Source of the DNA: Histomonas meleagridis 2922-C6/04-290x
Lineage: Eukaryota; Protista; Parabasalia
Length of the DNA: 64,000 nt
Assembly: GCA_020184695.1 (NCBI GenBank)
Contig: JAANOX010000258.1
Coordinates: forward strand, 62,001-126,000
Reading direction: 5' to 3'
Shown piece by piece: positions 32,131 through 42,733 of this stretch. Within the stretch, counting starts at the first letter, position 1. Each line of letters opens with the position of its first letter. A program made the translations under genes and the position numbers. Below the pieces are notes generated by a model, which saw only the letters and a list, made by a program, of their open reading frames with translations, searched no databases and was not told the DNA's origin.

Positions 32131-35100
32131 ATGGCCAGTTGCGTTGAAGCTTCAATGGAAGAAAAGGAAAAAAATACAAATGAATGGGAAACTTTAAAAA
32201 TAATTGAGCAAATGGTATTTAACTTAAATGTTGAAAATATTAATGATTTCGTATCTTCGTTAAATAATATATTTGATGATAAATATTCATACTCTTTTTC
32301 TCTAATTATTAGCCAAATGATATATTTATCATTTGCGGCCGGAACGAATAATTTTGATATATATTTAAATTTCATGAAGGAAATTGAAAAAATTGAAAAA
32401 TCTCAAAATAAAATTCTTGATATATTTATACAGACAATTATTAATAAGAATACACATGAATCATATTATCTACTAGAAAAAATGGTCGAGCAAAACATAA
32501 TTGACTCGAAAGTAGTTAAAAATTTTAAAGTTCCATATTTTATTCATTATGCATCAGATGATGAAATCAAAAAAATTATTCAACAAGAAGATATGGGTCA
32601 GAATATCAAAAATATTGAAAAACTTAAAATGAATGATTGGGAACTTCATAAACAATTAATTAAAGAAGGAATTAATCCTAATGACTTGGCAAAAGTAATT
32701 CGAAACGATGATTTAGAAAAGCTTCAAATACTATCAGCACAAAATGATTTTGATTTTAATCAAACTATTGATCCATCAATTTATGAAAGATTTTCATTTG
32801 TTAATGAACATAGTGTTTCATTAATTGATTATGCAGCATATTTTGGATCAATTAAATGTTTTAAATATTTACATTTAAATAATTCTTTTATAAACAACAC
32901 AGGTAAATATGCAATTGCAGGTGGAAATCTTGAAATCATTCATTTGTGCGAACAAAATCGTTCATTATTCGAAGAATCATATGAAATAGCAATAAGATAT
33001 CATCGAAATGATATCTTTAAATATCTTTATGAAAATGAAATCATTAAACTTAATAATTTAGAAGAATATGGAAAGAAATGTGTTTTATATCATAATTATG
33101 AAATTTTGTCATATTTGCAAAATCAAGGTTTGGAAATTAATGCTTCGATTTTAAATGAAATCGCAAGAATTGGAAATATATTTCTTCTTAAACATTTTCT
33201 TAAAGAAAATCAAATTCCTAAAAATTATTTGTTTTTGTCTGCTGAATCAGGAAATGTTGATATTATTAAAAATATTTTTGTACAAGAAGGAATTGATATT
33301 AATGCAAAAGATATTTATTTTTTATTCTTAAAACTTGCTAAAATAATTTGATGTTTTTGAATAATTTTTGGAATTTATTTATATAATATAATACACTATT
33401 TATATTAGCAGCTAAATATGGTAATTTAGATTTGGTAAAATTACTTCTTGAGAAAGAAGGAATAAATATTAATGTTAAAGATAGTATTTTTTTGTTTTAT
33501 TTTTTCTTATTTTTAAAATACTGTTTAATAATAATATTCGGAATTTATTTAAAATATTTTCTACTGCTTTGATAAATGCAACTAAAAATGGTCATATAAA
33601 AATTGTAGAATTATTTCTTAAACAAAATGGAATTGATATTAATGTAAAAAATTTTTATATGTTTTATTTAAAATTTGCTTAAATTGTTTACTGCTATAAA
33701 ATAATATTCGGAAATTATTTAAATTGTTTAATACAGCATTAATGGTTGGTGCATTAAATGGTAACTCTGATTTAGTACAATTATTTTTGCAACAAAAAGG
33801 AATTGATATTAATATTAAAAATATTTATTTGTTTTATATAAAGTTTATTTAGATGTTATAATGATTTTATATGATATTTGGAAATTATTCAAATTAATTG
33901 CAACAGCATTGATGATTGCAGCGGAAAAAGGATCCATTGAGGTGATGAAATTATTATTAAACCAAAAAGGATTTGATATTAATGGTAAAGATATTAATTT
34001 ATTTTGTTCAAAATTTTAATATTTAATTTAAAGTTTTATAAAAATTTTTGGAATTTATTCAGAATATTTTGGACAGCACTTATAAAAGCATCTTCGAATG
34101 ATCATATTGGAATATGTAAATTACTTCTTAAGCAAAAAGGAATTGATATAAATTCTAAAGATACATGATTATTTAATTTAATAATCATTTTAATATTTTG
34201 ATATTTCAATGTAATAAATGGAAATTATTTAAATCATTTGAAACAGGACTTATAAAAGCATCTAGAAATAGATGTATAAATGTTGTTAAATTATTTCTCG
34301 AACAAAAAAACATTAATTTCAATGCTAAAAATGTTTATTTTTTTCAGTTAAAGTATATTATAACCATTTAATATTTTTAAATAACAATTGGAATTTATTT
34401 AAATTATTGAAAACTTCTCTTATAATTGCAACTGAAAATGGCTATACAGAAGTAGTTAAATTGCTTCTTGAACAAAAAGGAATTGATGTTAATGCAAAAG
34501 ATATTTATTTTTCATAGTTAAAATTTGTTTAAATAGTTTTGTGTTTCAATGTAATTTTTGGTAATTATTTCAATTATCTAAAACGCCTCTTATGTTTGCA
34601 TCTGAAAATGGAAACACAGAATTAGTTAAATTGCTTCTTGAACAAAATGGAATTGATGTTAATGAGAAAGATTTTTATTTGCTATTTATAAAATATATTT
34701 ATAAAACTTTCAAATTCAAAATAATATTTGGCGTTTGTTTGAAATATTCGATACTGCTTTGATAATTGCAACCAAAGAAAATTATATTGACATAATTATA
34801 TTACTTCTTGAACATAAAGAAATTGATATTAATTCCAAAAATATTTTTTAATTTTATTTAAATTTTCTTTTAAAAAATTTATATTTCAAAATAATATTTG
34901 GAAAATATCCAAAATATTTAAATCAGCAATTATGTTTGCATTTAAAAATAATTACTCAGATATAATTAAATTACTACTAGTTCAAGAAGGTATTGATGTT
35001 AATATTCTAAATTTTTATTTTTACTATATGAAAATTATATCTATATTTTAGTATTTAATAAAGTGATTTGGTTTTTATTTAGATTAAATAATAATTTCAT

Positions 35101-36427
35101 CTTTGTAAATGCAGCTATAAAAGCAGATATTGATGTCATTAAATTATTTCTTAAAAATGATAAATTTGATATAAATGCTAAATATGTTTATATGTTTTGT
35201 TTAATATTCATTGTAAATAATTAGAATATCCAAATAATATTAGGAAATAATTTAAATTATTTGTAACAATCCTTATATATTCAGTACAAAATGGATATAA
35301 AAATATTGTTAAATTACTTATTAAACAAGAAGGAATTGATGTCAATGCTAAAGATATTTATTTGATTTATTTGAAATTTATTTTAATAATTTAATATTTC
35401 AAAATAATATTTGGAAATTATTTAAATTATTTTTTACAGCACTTATCATGGCATCTTCGAAAGGTTATACAGAAATAGTTAAATTACTTCTTGAACAAAA
35501 AGGAATTGATATTAATGCTAAAGATAATATTTATTTTAATAATTTAATATTTCAAAATAATATTTGGAAATTATTTAAATTATTTGAAACAGCACTTATT
35601 ACGGCATCTTTGAATGGTCATACAGAAATAGTCAAATTACTTCTTGAACAAAAAGGAATTGATATTAATGCTAAAGATATTTATTTGTTTTATTTAAAAT
35701 TTATTTTAATAATTTAATATTCCAAAATAATATTTGGAAATTATTTAAATAATTTTATACAGCACTTATTTTATCATCTTGGAAAGGTCATACAGAAATA
35801 GTTAAATTACTTCTTGAACAAGAAGGAATTGATATTAATGCTAAAGATATTTATTTGTTTTATATAAAATTTATTTTAATAATTTTATATTTCAAAATAA
35901 TATTTGAAAATTATATAAATTATTTAAAACAGCACTTATGATTGCATCTTATTATGGTTATACAGAAATAGTTAAATTACTTCTTGAACAAGAAGGAATT
36001 GATATTAATGCTAAAGATATTTATTTGTTTTATATAAAATTTATTTTAATAATTTTATATTTCAAAATAATATTTGGAAATTATTTAAATTATTTGAAAC
36101 AGCACTTATGATTGCATCTTATTATGGTTATACAGAAATAGTTAAATTACATGTAAAATGGATTCAAAAAAAAAAAAATGGATATAAAAATATTGTTAAA
36201 TTACTTCTTGAACAAGAAGGAATTGATTTATTTGTTTGTGATATTTAATTGTTTTATCTGATATTTATTTTGATAATTTCAAGTTTTAAAATAATATTTG
36301 GAAATTGTTTACTTTATTTTACGATGCATTAGGTTATGCAATAACTAATGTGATGCATGATTTAATATATGAAAAATATCTAGAGCAAAAACGCCAACGA
36401 ATTGAATTATCCTCAAAGAAAATATGA
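32131..36427 (+). CDS. DUF3447-ankyrin repeat protein A, interrupted by 71 inserts of 17 nt (decoded length 1029 aa)
   Basis: DUF3447-like region followed by 18 interrupted ankyrin junctions. 4297 - 71x17 = 3090 nt, in frame and stop-free when translated by hand, ending ...LEQKRQRIELSSKKI* at 36425-36427. Confidence 0.8.
33313..36322 (+). repeat. Tandem 170-bp ankyrin units with 18 spacers built from 17-nt inserts and single codons
   Basis: Repeat-end codons at 33310, 33480, 33650, 33820, 33990, 34160, 34330, 34500, 34670, 34840, 35010, 35183 (+3), 35353, 35523, 35676 (-17), 35846, 36016 and 36240. Confidence 0.95.
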
Positions 36428-36803
36428 TCTTTTTTCTTCTTACAGATATCAAAATTTACTTTTAACAATTGATGTTTTCTAATAATTTGATTCTGTATTA
36501 CATGTTGAATAAATATTGAATAAGTATATTTCTTTAGAATTAATTTAATTTTTGTTCAAGAAGTAATTTTACTATTTCATCATTATATTCATTTTTTGTG
36601 ATAATTCTGAATATTTATGTGATACCCGATTAAATATCATAAAAACTAGAAAATTCCTCATATAATTTATATTTATTTAATCAAACTTATCAAAAGATGT
36701 TCTTTCTATTAACAAATTTGCTCTATCTAATGCAGCCATTATTGAATAATCTCTATATAAAACATCAAAATTAGCGAATGAACAAATAAATACAAATGGA
36801 ATT

Positions 36804-38496
36804 TTGTGTATTTTTTGGATGCTTGATAGAATAACTCCATTATACCATTTATATTCCAATTTTAGTGATCCACAAATTTTAATTGTTGGAAAAAAAACTG
36901 TACTTGGAGCTGCTTTAAAAGAAAAATTATCTAACGAATGCAAATCAATTATATCTGTTGAAGGAATTAATGAAATTGATTTTGCTTCACAAGATACTTT
37001 AACCTTATTTGAACGAATTCATATCACCGAAGCCTATATAACATACATACCACCCATTATTCGTCATACCTCATCAGATGGTTCAGATTACATCAAAAAC
37101 CTTCAAAAAAAATATGTTGAGGGATTAACCAAATTTCTTAAAACCAAAAACATAAACTTTATTTTTGCAACATCACAACCTCTTTATTCAGATGTAATGC
37201 AAACAGTAATATCAAATGGAGGTAGTTTTATTGAAAATGCCATATCTTATTGATTCAACCGCAGTTCATGATCTTGAAAATCCGACAATGCGATCAGTAC
37301 GTGAATGCCTTAAAGTTGGCTATTCTCACATAGAATATTCCCCTTATTCAACATATCAAAGTATTTCATCATCAGAAGCGGCTGATTTTATAATTCAACA
37401 ACTTCATAAGCAAACAACAGAACATATATTAGTTAAAGGATATTCAAACACAACGATTGAAGCATCCATTCAAAATGTTCTTAACACTTTACATCTTTCA
37501 CAATGTAAAATTCATTTTCGTAATTATTCACATAAAATAGACAAATTACCACAGCCAAATAAAATCGAACACATTGGTTCACCAAATTCCGATGTACATC
37601 AAATGCTTACTGAAGCATATAAAGATTTCTCATATAAGGAAAATCCAATTCCTTATATGAGTATCGTTGTAACAGGTCGACATGATAATTTTTCAGGTGG
37701 TTATATGATGCGATCACAGAACACATTAACATCAATAGATTATGCATTAAGTCAAGTACCACTCGCTAATATAGAAGTTGTATTTGTTGATTATGCAACA
37801 GCCGAAACTACCACACTTTTATCCGAAGAATTTGTTATAGGGCCTAATTTACGTAACAAAGTTCGCTTTATAATTGTACCGCCGAAATCACATGAAAAAT
37901 TATGTGAAAAACTGAATAAAAAAATAGCGTTTTTCGAATACATAGCGAAAAATATTGGTACGCGTAGATCGTTTGGTAAATTTGTGTTGACAGCAAATAC
38001 CGATGATTTATTCTCGAAAAACGATGGAATTACTATGATGGAACTAATTGGAAATGTAACCGAAATATGGAAATTAAGGAAAATGGATATAAACCAACGT
38101 TGTGGTCATGGATCTTATAGATTTGCTATTGTTGACTCTTCAGACGCATTCTCAAAGAAAAGTTATCCTTGCGCAACAGGAGATTTCCTTTTGCTTTCGA
38201 AGGATTTATGGGATGCAGTCCAAGGATTTAATGAATTGCCTGCAAACCCAGGCGTTGATACTGTGTTTCAAGCAAGAATGATGAAATTCGCGCCTGGATT
38301 CGCAAGAATGTTCGTATATCCTTTGATTATACATCAAAGACACCCAAGACAAAACATGTTTAGACCTTCTGTGGCTAATTCTGAAGAGGTACTAAATGAA
38401 TATACTTGTAAAGGTACATGTAAATTATGTTCTCCTTATTATGACAGTGATGATTGGGGTTTGAAAAATGAAAATTTCTCAGTTATAATTAGATAA
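36804..38496 (+). CDS. Putative GT-A fold glycosyltransferase-like protein, split by a 1-nt insertion near 37243
   Basis: SIVVTGRHDNF, EVVFVDY, KNIGTRRSFGKFVLTANTDDLF, ATGDFLLLSKDLWDAVQGFNE and IIHQRH. Removing one A from GAAAATG joins the two ORFs. The 5' end is unclear and may be degraded. Confidence 0.55.
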
Positions 38497-38823
38497 AAGA
38501 ATTATTTGGTCGATTTTTATATAAACACAAAGATTTTAATACAGTAAACAAGGTATATGAACATTTAAAAAAACTGTATAGTTATTTAAAATTCAACAAA
38601 ATTTTCCTACCAATATCCGTGCATTTTCCTAACTATTGTCCACACTATTCGGCGGTTGTCACACAATTCGCTAACGATATATTTTAACATAAAGATATTG
38701 AAAAAAAATTAAATTTGAAATCATGATTTAATGATTAAATTAGATTTTGTACACCTTTTTTGATCTATTTAGAATTTATTATGACAATTTTCTTCGGATA
38801 ATTCTTTAAACAATTTCAAATTG

Positions 38824-39182
38824 AATCCATCAAGATTCGTCCCTTCACGAGTGAGCGATACTCACCAAAAAGAATCACAAAATTAAACAGAAAATCAAAA
38901 TGTTTTAAACATTTTATCAACAGTACTCGTATATATAGGTTTACATGAGGTTAATTGGGAAGTTCAGTCTTTGCTTAGATGACCGTTTGTGTATTGTATC
39001 GTACACAAATTTAAATGGAAAGTGACTAAATTCAAAGGAAATTTTAAAAAAATTATTATATCTTCATAAAAATTTGTCCACTATTCTTATATGTTAAAAT
39101 TTGATATGTATTAAATACATTACAAATAATTATAGAATTAAATAGAAATCTATAAGAGGGAAAGTCGGTTGACAGTGTCTTC
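38824..39182 (-). repeat. Dispersed repeat of about 360 bp, copy B (inverted relative to copy A)
   Basis: Reverse-complement similarity to 20733-21092. Weaker similarity continues to about 38790 and 21180. Confidence 0.85.
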
Positions 39183-39444
39183 AAAATTATAATATATTGA
39201 TGACGGTTATTATATACAAAATTTTTTGGTTGGCAATTTTCCAACAGAAAAAATGATTTCACAACTTTACTAAACTGATCGAATTTCGAAATTTTGCTGG
39301 TTAAAATAGAACTAAGCTATTAAATATTATTTTAAATTTTGAGTTTTATCATTAACACCATATTAAGAAATTGTAATGAAAATATATTTTAAAATCATAT
39401 CGATTTTTAATAAGAAAAGTATCAAAAAAAGTATAATTATTTGA

Positions 39445-39657
39445 TTACGAACTCCGCCGAAGGGCCTGATTCAAGTGAATTTGAACCAAATCTTGATATT
39501 GATTTTTTTCAATGTGATGCGGAATTATACTTCCATCTTCAGTTTGCACAAGATTCCCATCTTCGTCTAGCTCATAATATTCGACCGTCCCATCGGACCG
39601 ATCCAAAGTGAGCCAGGCAGCTTTGAGTTGGGACGTGGGACGGAAAATCTCCACCAT
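39445..39657 (-). CDS. Small hypothetical protein (70 aa)
   Basis: GC content is higher than the flanks, it has an ATG start, and the sequence is protein-like (WLTLDRSDGTVEYYELDEDGNLV). Confidence 0.5.
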   Translation of the reverse strand: MVEIFRPTSQLKAAWLTLDRSDGTVEYYELDEDGNLVQTEDGSIIPHHIEKNQYQDLVQIHLNQALRRSS

Positions 39658-40556
39658 AATTATGTGATACTAACATTGAGTGCCTCAGAAAGTTGATAGC
39701 TATGGTTCGAAATTAAGAGCAAAATTTGGTGGAATTGAATGGTAAATTTGACTTACTCTGACGGATTTAAGTCCCAAAATTTTGTTGGCCACCCTAATCA
39801 CTTGACCGTTAAACGATAAAACATGCTTTGTTGTGAACGTTAATTAGAAGAATGTTTTTAATATCATTTTAATCATCTGAAATTTGCTAATGATAATAAT
39901 TTTATTCACTGCTCCATTTTGCAGATGAAAGAAAAAATATGGAAGAATTTTTGTAATCAATAAAAAAAAATTATGTTTTAATGATTTTTCCTATGTTTTG
40001 TATGAAATATGGATTGTCGTGTATATGAAATTATTTGAGAATCTATCATGTTCAAATGACTCCTGATATTATTTTCATTTCTGATAATTTAATCATTTTT
40101 TTAATCAATTAAAATTACTCTTTAACATTTTTAGAATGAAATTTGTATAAATAAAAGATATATAAAATTAGATTCAAATATGGGTTGTACATTTGTAAAA
40201 TGATAATTTAGAAAAGTTTTATTTTATTTCTTACATTGACAAAAACATTTTAGCGTACTGCAAAAAGTTAAAAGTTATTAAATAAAACAATTTACTTTTT
40301 TTTTAATCAAAAACAAATATAAAGTTTTTATACTAAGATTATGTAAAAACTAAAATATTTTAGATGTGCAGTCAAACAGATCGTACAGGAGCAAATGAAT
40401 TACCATCTGGTCCAGCACCACCTCCCCCACCTCCACCTCCATCAGAATGTCCTAAACTAGAAACAGTAAATTGAAATAAAAGAAATTTGAAAATATTAAA
40501 AAAAAATTCTATTTTTCATGTTTAGATAATTGTATTGATGAACATTTTCATAATTT

Positions 40557-40930
40557 ATGAATTATGAAAAATTATCAAGGAATGATTGGGAGCTTCATAA
40601 GCAATTAATTAAAGAAGGACATAATCCAAATGAAATTGCGAAAATAATTCGAAGTGATGAAATAGAAAAACTTCAAGAAATTTCATCACAAACAAATTTT
40701 AATTCTTATCAAACAATAATACCATCACTTTATGAAAGATGTTCATTTATTATTCAAAAAATGCTACATTAATTGATTAAGCATATTAATTGCAGCAATT
40801 GAATTTCATCGAAATGATATATTTTATTATCTTTATGAAAACAAATTAGAAAAAATTTATCGTTTAAAAGAACTTGGAATTATATGTATTTTATATGATA
40901 AAAAGGAATTGATATTTATGCTAAAGATTT
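40557..40930 (+). pseudogene. DUF3447-ankyrin gene relic
   Basis: NDWELHKQLIKEGHNPNEIAKIIRSDEIEKLQE, AIEFHRNDIF and KGIDIYAKD fragments, joined by large deletions and frameshifts. Confidence 0.75.
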
Positions 40931-41100
40931 TTATTATTATTATTATTATTTTGGGTTTATAAATTCATCTAAATCTGCAAGAAAAGCATAGAAACAAATT
41001 ATGTTTTGACGGACTTGTGTGAATTAGTTTAAAAAAATTACTAAATTTCTAAAATCATTTTACAAAGTATCCAGAAAAGTAATATTTTATATATCAAACA

Positions 41101-42633
41101 TTAATAAGGAACATATTGTAATAATTTCCCAACAAAAAATGGAAAATTCTTATGGCTTAAATTAGGTGAAATTGCTTTAGCTACAGTTCCAAGCGCGAAA
41201 TTTGACATCGCGCAATAACCGCAATTCGATTCAATTTTTGAATTGACGATACCGCAAACGGCTTCACTCAATGGCAGTACGAGGTCAGCGTTCCGCTCGA
41301 GAGCCTGGCGAACAACTTTGTACTGAACAGTTTTAGTTTTAACCATCTTTGACACCAGGAAGTCGGAAATTCCGAGGACTTGACCAGCTTTAATTGCCTT
41401 ATTTTCATGCCGAGTTGCACAAGAATACAAAAGAGAGAAGCCAGCAGACATATTATCGTTATCTATTTGTGTTAATGACGAAAACTTATGGAGTGATAAC
41501 TTGTTGTTAAATGATCGAAGATTTCCCCTTGAAAGATCGCCAACAATACAACCCTTTTCAAATAGAAGATCAGCAACAAAATTAGACAAAGATCTCGTAT
41601 CCTTTGGGCGCAACTTTTCGATTTTTTGTGGTTGAACATCAGATATCATTACATGAGTAGTGCATAACGACTTCAAAGGAGCTGCTATGTATATCGGAAT
41701 AGGTATTTTTCGAGCATTCTTAAAAAGAATTTTTGGATTTAATTCGTTGATGTCAACTCCAAATTTTTTGAGTATAAATAGCCTTGACTCAATTTCACTT
41801 GTAATCGAATAATTAATTCTTCTTATGAACGAATTATAAAGTTTTTTCTCTAAAGATAGTCCGGGTATAATATTGATAAATCTTCCAAAAAGTTTGAATG
41901 GAATTAAATCAAGTTTTCGCATCCTTTCTGTGTTAGGGCTCATATATGTTATTGATATATTTTGCCCTGATTCTCGAAGTTTTCCATTAAAAACAATGAA
42001 AGAACCAATTTCAATTGGTTGATGTTTGATTTCTTCCACATACTCAGTTAGGGTATCCCCAAATTCCTTCTTAAACGTTCTCCGGAGTTCGTTAATGTAT
42101 TTTTGTGATTTCACTTCACTTCGTATGTATTGAGGTTCATCAACGCATGGAAATTTGTTCCATACATCGTTGATTTTAAAGCATCCTGGTGATATTTTAG
42201 TAACATTTAAGAAGTTACGCATAATCTCTGAGATATCAGAGTAAACTCCTCCATTTTTTCTGAAAGTATTTAACATTCGAATAATAGCTCTTTCTGTTGC
42301 TGAACTAATAGAGAAGGTTTGCGCTTTTGAATATATCTTGCTGACAATTAGTGAGAAAGCAAAATCATAACAAGAAATTGATGTGGTTAATAAGAAACGT
42401 GATGTATTTAAAGCTGCTGCAGCAGCTTGTCGAATTACAAATGAAGAGTCTTTTGATGATATTGCCCAAAGCAAAAATAAATTATTTGAAGAACTCCAAA
42501 TTGCATCTAAAACGCTATCATTTGTAATTTTGTATGTTTCTTTGGTGTTGATTATAAAATCTACACCAAGGCGAGTGAAAAATTTTCGATGAAATGGAAT
42601 TCTTTTCGATGAAAATTTTCCACTTAAAAGCAT
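41101..42633 (-). CDS. Possible degenerate ABC1/UbiB (ADCK)-like atypical kinase-fold protein
   Basis: IPIYIAAPLKSLCTTHVMISD, LFEKGCIVGDLSRGNL and SLHKFSSL occupy the spacing of the ABC1 motifs VP....LST..VL.ME, F..G..HADPHPGN and LLDFG, but catalytic residues are altered. ATG at 42633. Confidence 0.4.
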   Translation of the reverse strand: MLLSGKFSSKRIPFHRKFFTRLGVDFIINTKETYKITNDSVLDAIWSSSNNLFLLWAISSKDSSFVIRQAAAAALNTSRFLLTTSISCYDFAFSLIVSKIYSKAQTFSISSATERAIIRMLNTFRKNGGVYSDISEIMRNFLNVTKISPGCFKINDVWNKFPCVDEPQYIRSEVKSQKYINELRRTFKKEFGDTLTEYVEEIKHQPIEIGSFIVFNGKLRESGQNISITYMSPNTERMRKLDLIPFKLFGRFINIIPGLSLEKKLYNSFIRRINYSITSEIESRLFILKKFGVDINELNPKILFKNARKIPIPIYIAAPLKSLCTTHVMISDVQPQKIEKLRPKDTRSLSNFVADLLFEKGCIVGDLSRGNLRSFNNKLSLHKFSSLTQIDNDNMSAGFSLLYSCATRHENKAIKAGQVLGISDFLVSKMVKTKTVQYKVVRQALERNADLVLPLSEAVCGIVNSKIESNCGYCAMSNFALGTVAKAISPNLSHKNFPFFVGKLLQYVPY

Positions 42634-42733
42634 TTTTCTAACGTTTGCTACAGTCAATTATTGAATATGCGTGTTCGGACAAAGTTGAGCGAATGACCGA
42701 TTATCAATTGAAAAATTAAAAGTGACATTTGAA

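Noticed and set aside
36076-36098. -1 ribosomal frameshift at the slippery-looking T TTA AAT in each spacer
   Set aside because: The heptamer is not conserved in many units, most spacers have stops upstream of it, and the product would carry a 26-aa hydrophobic insertion that destroys the hairpin.
33313-36322. Each ankyrin spacer as one conventional 68-71 nt spliceosomal intron
   Set aside because: There are no GT-AG or AT-AC ends and no ACTAAC branch motif. No single excision recovers the conserved Gly, which sits at nt 58-60 of the spacer.
33313-36322. CRISPR-like repeat-spacer array
   Set aside because: The context is eukaryotic, the repeats encode ankyrin cores, the spacers are homologous to each other, and there are no cas genes.
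33313-36322. Stop-codon reassignment or IRE1-type splicing as the explanation
   Set aside because: TAA, TAG and TGA all terminate normal genes here, and readthrough would not fix the frameshift. No CNG/CNGN IRE1 stem-loop motifs are visible at the insert ends.
36545-36595. Inverted ankyrin fragment (EYNDEIVKLLLEQKLN) just after gene A
   Set aside because: An isolated remnant of about 50 bp, with no spacer and no continuation.
40364-40474. 36-aa polyproline mini-ORF (MCSQTDRTGANELPSGPAPPPPPPPSECPKLETVN)
   Set aside because: Too short to assign, and probably a fragment of a formin/WASP-like gene next to a pseudogene.
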